Origin: Octopus vulgaris
Taxonomy: Eukaryota
DNA length: 64,000 nucleotides
NCBI GenBank assembly: GCA_951406725.2
Contig: OX597828.1
Location: forward strand, 33,294,001 to 33,358,000
Reading direction: 5' to 3'
Numbering within the stretch: position 1 is the stretch's first letter; each line of letters starts with the position of its first letter. This document shows, one piece after another, positions 42,699 to 55,262 of this stretch. The notes under the pieces were generated by a model that worked only from the letters and a program-made list of their open reading frames with translations, had not been told where the DNA came from and made no database searches. Position numbers and translations under genes: made by a program.

Positions 42699-44558
42699 AA
42701 GCTTTTGTCGACCCGACAAAGCATAACAAACTCGCACCTCCGAGCAGCAGACTCTCCAGGGGCTGGGGGTCCCCTCGGGTGGTTTCTCCTCCGGGGGTCT
42801 CACCTCCCACGGCCACCACTTCAGCACCAGCCACAGGTTGGCACCTTCCCTCTGCGGCTTGGGTAACACCTCCGCCAACGCCGCCAGGCTTCCTACTAGC
42901 CGCCCACAATAGGCGCACCGTCCGAGGAAGTTCCTCAAATCCCTCACACAGGAAGGGTCCGGCCAATCCTTCACAGTGGCCACCTTCCTCAGGGCTCTAT
43001 AGCCCACGTAGCACCTTGCTGTACCATCTCCATTCCGCGCAATTATCGCTGACGACCACGGACCATTCTGTCCTTTCACTGCTCCCCGTCGCCGATATCT
43101 CCTCTTGCGCTGCTGTACTGGGGCCTTCCTCCGGCCTCGCTGCTTCCTCAAGCGACGACCGCCTTGGTCGACGAAACGTTCTGCCAGGTCCGTGCGACCA
43201 GCATCCAACAACCCTCGCGACCAACGTCCTGCGCTTTTCACCAACGGTTGCCTCTTCCGCAACTGCATCAGCGGACCACGAACTCCCTTAACTTCATCTC
43301 TGCACCGGCAGAACTGACCCCGCCGCTGGTTTACCGTCCGGCGCAGTTCCACGATTTGCCCTCTGCAAATCGCCTGCGCAGCCTTCAATAACTCGGCCGA
43401 CCCAACCAGCGCTCTGTCAGCTTCTGCCTCCACCAGGGTCCAGCCGACCCTCAATTGAGTTCCTATTCCGCACTGCATGTCGGGCTCCACGCAACCATCG
43501 AACACAGCGCTCCCCCAAGTGCCAACAAAGCACCAGCGACTCCTTGCGGACCGCTTCCTCAACTGCATCCATGGGCCACCACCTCCTTCAACTGCGTTGC
43601 CGTATCGGCAGAGCTGGCCCCACCACTGGTTCGCCATCTGGCACGATTCCTCGATTTGCCTTCTGCAAATCGCCTGTGCCACTTCCAAAAGATCGGCCGA
43701 CCCAGCCAGCGCTCCACCAGCTTCTGCTTCCACTAGGGTCCACCCGACCCTCAATCGAGCTTTCACTGGGCACTGCCTGTCGGGCTCCACCGGCCCCAAG
43801 CAACCATCAACCACAAAGCTCACCCAACGCTGAAGCAGTCTTCCTGGTCTCGGTGGACCCACCACCGTTCGCAGCCGTCTCGCCTCGTCAACGGGCCTGG
43901 TCCTTTTCCTCACCAGCTTCCGTACCGCAGGCCTCACAACACACACACTCGGCCGCCAGTCCATCCACGCCTGTGGCCTCTCCACAGTGGGAACCATACA
44001 GTCCCTCTGGGCTCCAAGAGACAGGGGTCCAGACACCAAAGGACCCGCACACGGCACAACACCTGCCGCGACCATCACACACAGAGCCGGAACCTCGGAC
44101 TCAGCGACATTCGCCCCAGACCTCGCCAGCTCTTCGTCCTGAGCTCCGAGAGACAGGGGTCGAGATGCCAAGGGCTCCAGACACGGAACAACAGCATCAG
44201 CCATAACACCTTCCACAGGCCTTTTGGTTACTTCAACCTCTACGGGTTCCAAATTACAAGATTTCTTGGGTACAGCGTCACAAATTTCGGCAACCAGCCC
44301 AGGTTCCGCAAACACAGCCGGTCCAGCATCACAGATTTCGGCAACACTTCCTTCACTATCTGTTTCCCTCGATGCTTCGTTCGACGGGCAATCTCTGCCC
44401 ACAGGACCGTCGCTATCCTCGGTCCAACACCGATCCTTCAAAGCTGACCCATCCGCAACCTCAAGCTCCCGCTGATCTGCCCACAGGCCCTGTCGCCTCT
44501 CGTCCATCGTTTCCATGAACGCATCCGTCTGCGCCATCTGGCCCCTTAACATCTCCAC
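42693..44558 (-). CDS. 621-aa open ORF of the Gypsy derivative: duplicated Gag-like segment plus RT N- and C-terminal remnants without catalytic core
   Basis: GPWSSAIIARNGDGTARCYVGYRAL (cf. SPWSSP..KKDG..RFCVDYR.L) is fused directly to KVATVKDWPDPSCVRDLRNFLGRCAYCGRLV (cf. AV..WP.P..V.ELRSFLGL..YYRRFV). No YxDD, RNase H or integrase motif is recognisable. Expression is unknown. Confidence 0.55.
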   Translation of the reverse strand: MEMLRGQMAQTDAFMETMDERRQGLWADQRELEVADGSALKDRCWTEDSDGPVGRDCPSNEASRETDSEGSVAEICDAGPAVFAEPGLVAEICDAVPKKSCNLEPVEVEVTKRPVEGVMADAVVPCLEPLASRPLSLGAQDEELARSGANVAESEVPALCVMVAAGVVPCAGPLVSGPLSLGAQRDCMVPTVERPQAWMDWRPSVCVVRPAVRKLVRKRTRPVDEARRLRTVVGPPRPGRLLQRWVSFVVDGCLGPVEPDRQCPVKARLRVGWTLVEAEAGGALAGSADLLEVAQAICRRQIEESCQMANQWWGQLCRYGNAVEGGGGPWMQLRKRSARSRWCFVGTWGSAVFDGCVEPDMQCGIGTQLRVGWTLVEAEADRALVGSAELLKAAQAICRGQIVELRRTVNQRRGQFCRCRDEVKGVRGPLMQLRKRQPLVKSAGRWSRGLLDAGRTDLAERFVDQGGRRLRKQRGRRKAPVQQRKRRYRRRGAVKGQNGPWSSAIIARNGDGTARCYVGYRALRKVATVKDWPDPSCVRDLRNFLGRCAYCGRLVGSLAALAEVLPKPQREGANLWLVLKWWPWEVRPPEEKPPEGTPSPWRVCCSEVRVCYALSGRQKLR

Positions 44559-44649
44559 AATCAGGGCAAGCGAAATCCCTCGTCTCCGGTCTGACAGCCA
44601 GACAAATCCATAGCGAAAAAGAACCGATCGAAACGCAGCAATCAGGACA

Positions 44650-44667
44650 ATCCCACTTCTGACACCA
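44650..44667 (-). other. primer binding site complementary to tRNA-Leu 3' end
   Basis: Minus strand TGGTGTCAGAAGTGGGAT, 2 nt after the 5' LTR. Confidence 0.9.
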
Positions 44668-44669
44668 GT

Positions 44670-45902
44670 TGTTACGAAACGGACTGGAATCGCCCGTCGT
44701 CGCTCGTCCCGAACGGCTCACACAGTTCCGCCACGGAACCCAAAGAGGCGGAGAGAGGAGATACAGATAGATACTGCCACAACCTCAACAGCACAGAGAT
44801 ACAGAGGCACAACCCGAGATACAGCCCAAAGAGGCAAGGCAACAACTGGCAACACTGGCTTATATTCAAACAACAGTTTATACGACAATTACAATTGCTA
44901 CACATCAAATACATTTAAGGCAGACATTTAAAGGAGGACATGCACGTGACTACTCAATACATCATACAACAGATCAAAGCATAATACAACAGCATGTAAC
45001 AATATAACAGTCCGGAGACACAACAAGTCATATACAGTATTTCAAAGGTACACGTCCGAAGACAACAGTTCTTTAAAGTCTCTTTTTCTAAACATCACAA
45101 TCAACAAGTCCTTTACTCTTCAATTCACAATGTTCTTTATCGACTACATCGACAGAGTCCTTCTTTTTCTCTCTTCTTTTCTTTTATATCGTGACACATA
45201 TCAATACACAATCAATACAATTAAATACCTTATTCCTAATTGAATCTGCCAGTGTCCCATTCCTCTCATCTCTGAATACTCTGCTAATTCCCCTCTGTGC
45301 ATATTCCAATCGCTTGCTCCTAGGCCTCCTCGCATCCCAGCTCGCTCCCAGGAATTCCAACGCTTGCTCCTTAGGTCCAAGGTTCCATCCACTCGCTCTG
45401 ACCTCCAGAGTCCGTCTGTGTTCTTCGACGACCGCTCAACGACTGCCCAGAACCTCACTTCCTTGTCCTGACTTCCACTCCCTCATCTCCCTCTGTCTAT
45501 ATCGCTCCTACCCTTTCTAACTGCTCTCTGATTCCTTACTCTATCTATATCGCCTCAATCCCTTAGCCTCTCTATCTGTCCCTTACTGCTTATCCTTTCT
45601 ATTTGCCCTCTGCTCTTACTCTATCGCTATCGCCTGCCAGACTCTTAGCCTCTCCATCCGTCCCTTACTGCTTATACTCTATCTCTATTTGCTCTCAGCC
45701 CTTAATCTGTCCCTTTTCTTTCACATTCTCCTGACCCTCTTCTCAGCCGCACGAGGTCACAGGTCATTCCAAAACCCATTAGTCCTCCATTAGACAAAAG
45801 ACTGTCACATTTTCACCAGACATACTGGAACCATATCCACGATGTGGGTCACCAGAAACACTACACTAATTAAACCCGAAATGCACTTAGCCAACCGTAA
45901 CA
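44670..45902 (-). repeat. 5' LTR
   Basis: TGTTACG...CGTAACA; partner of 41428-42685. Confidence 0.95.
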
Positions 45903-45987
45903 ATCTAGTAAAATTGCAACGTACCGCACGGGTGATAATATATAGGAATGAGTATTTGAAAATGCAGGTGTCTTTTAAAGATGTTTA

Positions 45988-46035
45988 TTGACTTGACCGG
46001 TTTCACTTTTCTAAATAAAGATTTTCAAAAGTAAA
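45988..46035 (-). ncRNA. minimal hammerhead-like motif (U3-A8 core, GUC triplet)
   Basis: Minus strand ACTT-TTGAAAA-T-CTTT-atttaga-AAAG-T-GAA-ACCGGT-C-AAGT: stem I, stem II and palindromic stem III are all present. Confidence 0.65.
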
Positions 46036-47047
46036 ATGTAAGGCTGGAGATGAATAAAATTGTTTGGTCACTCCCCTGAAATTCTGTATAAATACTTAAA
46101 TATGATTTCTGATGAAGTTTTGACTAAGCAGTACACGCTTTCTCCTATCAAATACTGTCTACAATTTTTTTCTGTATATATATTTCTTTACTACCCAAAA
46201 GGGGCTAAGCACAGAAGATACAAACAAGGACAGACAAACGGATTAAGTCGATTACATCGACCCCAGTGCGTAACTGGTGCTTAATTTATCGACCCCGAAA
46301 GGCTGAAAGGCAAAGTCGACCTCGGTGGAATTTGAACTCAGAACGTAACGGCAGACGAAATACGGCTACGCATTTTGTCCGGCGTGCGTTTTTTTTTTTT
46401 TTTGTCTGTATATATGCTTACATACAATCAGGATTTCTAATCAACATATAAATAATTATGAATTTATGGCGATCTTTCGTCTCTAGTAGACCTTTCCGTC
46501 GATTTCCGTAAAAAAATTTTTTTTTCTTTCTTACATATGGGCTTGCGGGAACTTTTGAAGTAATATACATACATATACACATACACCGAGTAAAAAATTT
46601 CAGTTATCTCTTTCTTTCACACATTACTCTGTCTTTTCACAAACACTAACAGAAGCATTTCACTTACACAACATACTGTCTATCTCCCACACCCCATCAA
46701 ACACACACACACACGCACGCACACACACATGTCCATCAATGCTCCCATGCACGGCAACTTCAAAAGAACTTCCCTCGTCATACAATCACTTTCTCTTAGT
46801 CTCTTTCGCTCTCATTACTTCAAAAGTTCCCGCAAGCCCATATGTAAAAAAAAAAAATTTTTACGGAAATCGACGGAAAGGTCTACTAGAGAAGAAAGAT
46901 CGCCGAATTTACTTTACTACCTATTTTCAACACTTTTATGTAAACTGTTAAAATTTTCTTATCATTTTCAAAGATTGCATCACTGTATTTCAATACATCT
47001 ATGATAATCGTTTTTTAACACCACAAAAGCGACACAAAGCCATAGAT

Positions 47048-47104
47048 TTTACTTTTGAAAACCTCTTTTTGTTTTTGTTTTTTTAATGAAACCGGTCAAG
47101 TCAA
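47048..47104 (+). ncRNA. second copy of the U3-A8 hammerhead-like motif, stem II degenerate
   Basis: ACTT-TTGAAAA-(T-rich)-GAA-ACCGGT-C-AAGT. Confidence 0.5.
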
Positions 47105-47306
47105 TAAACATATATAAAAGACCTCTACATTTTCAAATCCTCTTTCCTGCTCGAAATGGGGAGTAGATGGATAGCCAACAACTGATGAAGGGTCGTTATT
47201 TATGTTACTTGTTTTGTTTTCCATTTGTTTCTCCCGTTGTGAGCATACCCAAGTTTGTCTTCAAATTTCATGTTGTTTACGTTTTGTGATGTCTTGTACC
47301 CATATA

Positions 47307-47382
<76 letters not shown>

Positions 47383-47419
47383 CATATATTTATATATATA
47401 TTTTAAATATTATATATAT

Positions 47420-47790
47420 TATATGTAGAAAAATACAAACTGGGACAAGAACGTAAAACATTTAGAAGACGATACAAAAAACACGGACATTCGAAGCCTT
47501 CAATCTTCAGTCGAGAACCGCAATTTCGGCTGATTAATCTTGAGATCGCTCCGATCCGGCCAGCCCCAAGGAAAAACTAAGCCACGAGCATTAGATTTCT
47601 TGGAAAAAGTATCAAATGTATACGAAACAAGGACAGAAAAACGGACGATGCCACACGAATATAAATACAAAAAACAATAATAGTAGCAACAGGACAAAAA
47701 CAGCGGCTGTCTTACAACTATAGACAGTACAACTTAGTTTAGCTGGCGTATTTGGAAAAAAATGCCTTTTTCGGCAGACGAAGACAACGA
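47420..47790. mobile_element. dispersed repeat next to (TA)n; second copy inverted at ~54808-55175
   Basis: The two segments are reverse complements at high identity (e.g. tacaaactgggacaagaacgtaaaacatttagaagacgatac). Confidence 0.85.
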
Positions 47791-47800
47791 TGTTTTCGTT

Positions 47801-47871
<71 letters not shown>

Positions 47872-47900
47872 CACGTGTGTGTGGATGTATACTTTTCCAT

Positions 47901-47951
<51 letters not shown>

Positions 47952-47980
47952 CACGTGTGTGTGGATGTATACTTTTCCAT

Positions 47981-48045
<65 letters not shown>

Positions 48046-48048
<3 letters not shown>

Positions 48049-48398
48049 TGCTCCCCTGCTTATTACGGGCTCGACATTCGCGGTCTTGGTTATTTGTGGA
48101 ACTAATAATTGTTCACGGAAACCACCACATATTCGTGGATTCGTTAATATCGTCCGTGATTTTTTTATGGCTTTTTTCCAGGCAATATATACTTTCTCAC
48201 ATTTTTTAAGGCTAAATTATTAATAACAATATACGATATTTGCCGTCTTATTGGACGCCGCTTCGTGAAGCTCCCTCTGATTAGAATAGCCGCGCATCAC
48301 GTCACTTGATTGTTTCAGATACAAGTACACAGTATCATATATCTCTCATTCCTCTTTCAATCAAATATTGCTATAGCGACACACACACACAAACACAG

Positions 48399-48430
<32 letters not shown>

Positions 48431-48434
48431 AGAG

Positions 48435-48522
<88 letters not shown>

Positions 48523-48696
48523 TGTATCGCAGCAGTATTATTTGGGCTACCGATGACAGATCAAAGATATATACTACAACACGAGATTGAACGTTAATCG
48601 CTACGTTTGATCATACACATTGTTTATTTCAACAAGATAATTTTTAAGGTCGTGAGCCAATATAGCCTAATTGAAATTAGGTTACTTACTGGTCCT

Positions 48697-48738
<42 letters not shown>

Positions 48739-49975
48739 CCACCCTTCTTTCTTTCTCTTTCTCTCTTACCCCCTTCTTTGTCTTTATCTCTCTCTCTCTC
48801 TTTTTATTATAGTATACATTGTTGTATCTAGTGGTAATATAAAGTCAATTTTTCAATAACATGATTATTTTTAATCTCTGCTCAGTTTCCCATTGGTGGT
48901 ATGTTCATATTAGACGAAAAGGCGGTGGGCTGGCAGAATCGTTAGCACGCCGGGCGAAATGCTTAGCGTAATTCGTATGCCGTCACGTTCTGAGTTCAAA
49001 TTCCGCCGAGGTCGACTTTGCCTTTCATCCTTTCCGGGTCAATAAATTAAGTACCTGTTACGCACTGTGGTCGATGTAATCGACTTAATCCGTTTGTCTG
49101 TCCTTGTTCGTCCCCTCTGTGTGTAGCCCCCTGTGGACAGTAAAGAAATAGCTATATTCATATTAGACGAAAGGAAAAGTTTGTAGGGTTTGTGGGGAAA
49201 AAATTGCATCTAGTAGCTATCTCGAGTATTTTGTTGAGTGCTGTGGGGTTTTTTTTTTTTTTTTGCATCGTGTTTGAAGTCCTAAGATACCGCCCAAGCG
49301 CCATACGCCTAAGATGACGCCAAACGCCCTACACCTCCTAAGGCTTTTGGCAGTGAACCTAAGCACCAGAAAAAGGTTATGACGCTCCATGAGAAGGCAC
49401 AACTGCTGGATATGTTCCGGGAAGGTAGTTATGCTGCAGAAAGTCGCCATTATATTGATCAACGAAAGCACTATAAGCTACATAAGGAAGAATGAGGTGG
49501 CGCACAGGACTTCCGTAGCAATAATTTTCTGTGAAAGTGACAAAAAGATAACGATTCTGAGAAATAAGCACTTTGTCTGATAGTATCTGCATTGGCTTTG
49601 TAGATCATTGACTGCAAGAAGAAAACCATCTCTCTCAACGGTAACACCATTCGCAAAACAGCGCTGAAATTATACCAGCAGTTCGACAGAGGAGACGGAG
49701 CAGAAGGCACCGAAGAACCACAAACAAGACCAGTGACAGAACCGGAGCCGAAATATTTTCAAGCCAGCAAGGGATAATTTGACCGTTTCCAGAAACGATT
49801 TAAAATAAAGTGTTTCCCTGCATGGAGAGAGAGCATCAGCCAACAAAGAAGCCGCTGACAAGTACTTCAAGACTTTCTGGCAATTCATCGAGGACAAGAG
49901 ATAGAAGCTGCAACATGTTTTCATTATGGAAGAGAATGGCTTGTTTTGGAGGAAGATGCCTTCCAGAACGTACAC
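48046..49975 (+). mobile_element. fragmented Tigger/pogo-like DNA transposon (left end at 48046; transposase remnant ~49345-49973)
   Basis: TA|CAGTGctcccc left end. Translations KKVMTLHEKAQLLDM (CENP-B-type HTH), [37 protein letters not shown] and [19 protein letters not shown] (cf. VFNxDETGLFWKKMP). Confidence 0.8.
48920..49152 (+). mobile_element. SINE family A with ~16-bp TSD
   Basis: Flanked on both sides by ttcatattagacgaaa. Confidence 0.92.
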
Positions 49976-49979
49976 ACAC

Positions 49980-50026
<47 letters not shown>

Positions 50027-50040
50027 CGTATGTATGTATG

Positions 50041-50106
<66 letters not shown>

Positions 50107-50114
50107 GATAGATA

Positions 50115-50184
<70 letters not shown>

Positions 50185-50217
50185 GGATGGATGGATGGAT
50201 GGATGGATGGATGGATG

Positions 50218-50310
<93 letters not shown>

Positions 50311-50378
50311 GTGGGTGGGAAGAAATGAAACATTCTCTAAAGAATGCAAAAGAAAGATTGATTAAATAAATACATGCA

Positions 50379-50426
<48 letters not shown>

Positions 50427-51007
50427 ATGAATGAATGAATGAATGAATGAATGAATGAAGGAATGAAAGAGGGAGGGAGGGAGGGAGAAATAAATGGCGG
50501 GATGAGAAGCCGGTAAGAGCTGTTCGAAAAGTTCAAAAGGTAACGGAAATGATGGAATACGAAACGAATGAGATAGAAACACATGAGAAATGATTGAGTG
50601 GGGAAGAAATACTGCAAGAATAAAGTGATGAAGAGAAAAAGGGGGAACAACAAATAAGCAATAATAGGGGGGGGGGAGACGAAAAGAGGTGAAGAGAAAA
50701 AGTAAGGAACGGTGAAGAGGAGAGAGAGAAATCTAGAAAGAAAGAGTGAAAGAGAGAAAGATAGGAAAGAGAATGGAGAGAAAAGAAAAGAAAAGAGATC
50801 AGAGGAAGGAAATGAAGAGATAATAATACATGAGGGGAGAGAGACGAAAAAGCTAATGGAGGAGAGAGAAACATGGAGGAATGTCGCACAGAGGTGATGT
50901 AGAGATGTTAAGAGGGAACGATGTATTGTTTATCTCGACTTTTAGAAGTTGAGAGAAAAATCAATTGCTCTTGTTAAGCAGCAAAACCTACGACATCACT
51001 GTATGAA

Positions 51008-51112
<105 letters not shown>

Positions 51113-51172
51113 CATATAAATATATACATATATCTAATCATATATATGTATATATATACATATATATATATG

Positions 51173-51241
<69 letters not shown>

Positions 51242-51508
51242 ATATATATGTATATATATATATATTGTGTGTGTACACATATATATACATACACATATAG
51301 GTATGTATGTATGTATGTATGTATATATGCTCCACAGGCTTTAGTTTTAAATTACATAAACATTAATATACATTCACGCTCTCTCTCCCTCTCCTCCTCT
51401 CTCTCTCTCTCCTTCTCTCTCACTCTCTCTCTGTTTCTGTTGGTGTGCATCTACACATATGAGCACACACAACACGCACACACACACACACACAGCTACA
51501 TATATATA

Positions 51509-51609
<101 letters not shown>

Positions 51610-51611
51610 CA

Positions 51612-51657
<46 letters not shown>

Positions 51658-51659
51658 CA

Positions 51660-51742
<83 letters not shown>

Positions 51743-51757
51743 GGAAGAGAGAGAAAG

Positions 51758-51795
<38 letters not shown>

Positions 51796-52234
51796 AAATA
51801 GAGAGAGAGAGCGTAGGTGCGTAAATGATTTCAGGAAATTTTTCCGAACATTTTATTTCAGATTTGAATGTCTTTTGTTTTAGCTCTCTGCTCATTTTTT
51901 TTTTTTTAACGCATTTATTTATTTATTCCTTGATTTATATATTGGATTTTCAAACATTATGTTTTTTTGTTGTTGGAAAACCAATTAACAATTAATCGAT
52001 TTTACTGTCATAAATAGGACGCAACTTGTATGCATGTGTTGTATGCAAATATATTTATGCAACCATGCACACATACATATGCGCACACGCATACGTAAGC
52101 GTCTAAATTGTTATCCATTTATCCATGTCCTATGTATGTATAGATATATATGTATATATATATGTGTGTGTGTGTGTGTGTATGTATATACACACAGATA
52201 TATGTGTTTTATATATATATATATATGCATATAA

Positions 52235-52275
<41 letters not shown>

Positions 52276-52497
52276 AATATATCAAATGTACATACATGTA
52301 TGCATATATGTATACATATATTTGTGTATATACATACATATATATGTGAGTGAGTGTAGAGAGAGAGAGACATACAGATATGAGTATATAAACATATATG
52401 TATTTTCGTATGTATATATATGCATATATATATACATGTATGTGCATATATATATATACATATATACACTTATATACATATATACATATATACATAT

Positions 52498-52564
<67 letters not shown>

Positions 52565-52619
52565 TACATACATACATACACGCATTATTATATGTATAAA
52601 CATTTGTAGGTATGTATGA

Positions 52620-52670
<51 letters not shown>

Positions 52671-53083
52671 AAACACATTCATACATACCTACCTACGTAT
52701 GTTTATACATATATGTATGTATGTATGTATATATGTATGCATATATGCATGCATGTATGTATGTGTTCGTTACTGTCACCTTCCTTGCATTCAAAGATAG
52801 AAATATTTCCTCTAAACATGAAAATTCAATTTTCTCTTAAATAAATGTAATTTCTTGAAATCATTTTCTCTAATAGTTCCGAACAATTACCACAAGGGTT
52901 TTGCTGTCGCTTTGCAATTAATAGGCAAATTTCATTTCACCCAAATCTTTTTGCCCACCCTTCAGCTCTCTACCACTCACTTCAGATATTCTCATTCATA
53001 CCTTTGGTCCCACTTGAGTAATCTCCCTTCGCTCCGCTACACTATATATGTGCGCGTGAATGCGTGCGGTCACGTATGTACAT

Positions 53084-53131
<48 letters not shown>

Positions 53132-53755
53132 AGATATATACATATATATGCGAATCGAGGTTACGCGTAATTTTTAACGTTTTATTTTTACATCAACTCT
53201 ATAAAAATAATTCAACATGAAACTGAAGTATTGCGCAATACTTTTTATTAGTGTACATGGTGTCATAACGTCGAACGAATCGATACTTCGAAGTCGCTAA
53301 CAACGATTTCCTTACAGAAAATAACTAATGTCACGTAGAAAGACCATCACGTTTACGTACGATCTTTGTGTGACTGTGTATACGCGCACCTGTGTGTGTG
53401 TGTGTGTATGTGTGTGTGTGTGAACATGTTGAATTATATTTCCTCCTTTAATTTGGAGGATTCCAAAAACGTTTTCGAATAAAGATTCTTCATATTTTGC
53501 TGGTAGCTTTCTAGCGCAAGTTTGCGGATATAGAAATATTGTGTTATGAGAGTTTATGGAAAGGTATCCCATAAAACTCAAAAAAATTTTTTTTTAATGA
53601 AAGAGTGAAGATGTTAAAATTTAAAAGAGTTTTAATACATTTTGTATCGTTTCAAACAACGATATATATATAAACAATTGCAGCGTGGAAAGTGTGTATA
53701 AGCCATTTAAGAAACACGCGAAAACCGTTAGATTCACTTCAACGTTTAAATTTAA

Positions 53756-53806
53756 TTTGTCAAAACATTTTCGTCGCTTTTAGACAGCGACCTGTTCACT
53801 GACAAA
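53756..53806 (-). ncRNA. well-formed minimal type-I hammerhead-like motif with G3-C8 core
   Basis: Minus strand TTTGTCA-GTGAACA-G-GTCGCT-gtctaaa-AGCGAC-GAA-AATGTT-T-TGACAAA: 7-bp stem I, 6-bp stem II and self-complementary stem III. Confidence 0.7.
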
Positions 53807-53916
53807 ATTTCGTGCTGCACGAAGTTTAGTCAGTGAACAGCACACGATCTCAGATCAGGTCACTTGCTATACAAGTACATCTCCGATATATATATGTGTG
53901 TGTGTATGTATATAAA

Positions 53917-54323
53917 CTTTTACTCTTTACTCTTTTACTTGTTTCAGTCGTTTGACTGTGGCCATGCTGGAGCATCACCTTTAGTCGTGCATATCGACCT
54001 CCAGGAATTATTCTTTGTAAGCCTAGTACTCATTCTATTGGTCTCTTTTGCCGAACCGCTAAGTTACGGGGGCGTAAACACACCAGCATCGGTTGTCAAG
54101 CGATGATGGGAGGACAAACACAGACACGCAAACATATACACACACATACATATACATATATACGACGGGCTTCTTTCAGTTTCCGTCTACCAAATCCACT
54201 CACAAGGCTTTGGTCGGCCCGAGGCTATAGTAGAAGACACTTGGCCAAGGTGCCACGTAGTGGGACTGAACCCTGAACCATGTGATCGGTAAGCAAGCTA
54301 CTTACCAGACAGCCACTCCTACG

Positions 54324-54326
<3 letters not shown>
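53917..54326 (-). mobile_element. SINE family B, full length
   Basis: Complete match to the family, including head aggcgtaggagtggctgtctggtaag. Confidence 0.92.
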
Positions 54327-54384
<58 letters not shown>

Positions 54385-54442
54385 AGGATGGAATGTGGAA
54401 TGTGTATTGGAATTTTATTAAGTACAACACATCTATGTATAT

Positions 54443-54740
54443 CTGGAGGCACATGGCCTAGTAGTTAAAGCAGCGAACTCGCGGTCGAGGATCGCGTGTT
54501 CGAATCTCAGACCGAAGGAGGATGTCTGTGTTTATGAGCGAAACACCTTAGCTCCATGCGGCTACAGAAGAAGGTAATGGCGGACTTCTACTAACTCTTT
54601 CGCCACAACTTTCATTCCTTCCTCCTGCATCTTGCAGCACACCTACGACAGACCGGCGTCCCGTCCAGGTGGGGAACCTTTACGCCCAGGAAACCGGGCA
54701 ACCGGCTGTATGAGCCAGACATGGCTCGAGAAAGAACAAA
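54443..54740 (+). mobile_element. tRNA-derived SINE sharing the family C head, with a different 3' half
   Basis: tggaggcacatggcctagtagtta..gttcgaatc head; 3' part accggcgtcccgtccagg resembles the V-SINE central motif. Confidence 0.75.
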
Positions 54741-55169
54741 CGATCTATTTATATATTTTGTATCACGTGATCGCAGGTCAACCAGCCTTTCGGCTTCTAA
54801 CCAGCGCCACGAGAACATCGTTGTCTTCGTCTGCCGAAAAAGGCTTTTTTTTCCAAATACGCCAGCTAAACTAAGTTGTACTGTCTTTAGTCGTAAGACA
54901 CCCGTTGTTTTTGTCCTGTTATTACTATTATTGTTCTTTGTATTTATATTCGTGTGGAATCGTCCGTTTTTCTGTCCTTGTTTCGTATACATTCGATCCT
55001 TCTTTCCAAGAAATCTAATGCTCGTAGCTTAGTTTTTCCTTGGGGCTGGCCGGATCGGAGCGATCTCACGATTAATCAGCCGAAATTGCGAGGATGATCC
55101 GGTTCTTGACTGAAGGTTTTTTGTATCGTCTTCTAAATGTTTTACGTTCTTGTCCCAGTTTGTATTTTT

Positions 55170-55262
<93 letters not shown>

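Larger units (their letters stand above)
41428..45902 (-). mobile_element. non-autonomous Ty3/Gypsy LTR retrotransposon (tRNA-Leu primed)
   Basis: Two ~1.25-kb LTRs bounded by TGTTACG...CGTAACA, with PBS and PPT in minus orientation and RT remnants internally. Flanks are atat / atct (imperfect 4-bp TSD). Confidence 0.95.
45945..47150. repeat. nested inverted-repeat structure of Penelope-type terminal fragments, containing a family A SINE (~46185-46390, -)
   Basis: 45945-46035 is inverted relative to 47047-47148, and ~46467-46564 is inverted relative to ~46815-46904. Confidence 0.8.

Noticed and set aside
42697-44475. Overlapping plus-strand and alternate-frame ORFs inside the first LTR element
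   Set aside because: Shadow ORFs expected in GC-rich sequence; only the 42693-44558 frame has Gypsy motifs.
47146-47195. CTGATGAAGGG preceded by CGAAA (also 41345-41380 on the minus strand) as a canonical hammerhead
   Set aside because: I could not build convincing stems I-III in either permutation in these copies. A family consensus might rescue it.
47483-47520. Minus-strand CTGAAGA..GAAG-G-CTTC-GAATGTC hammerhead-like string
   Set aside because: Lacks GAAA/A15.1-U16.1 and a credible stem I or stem II loop.
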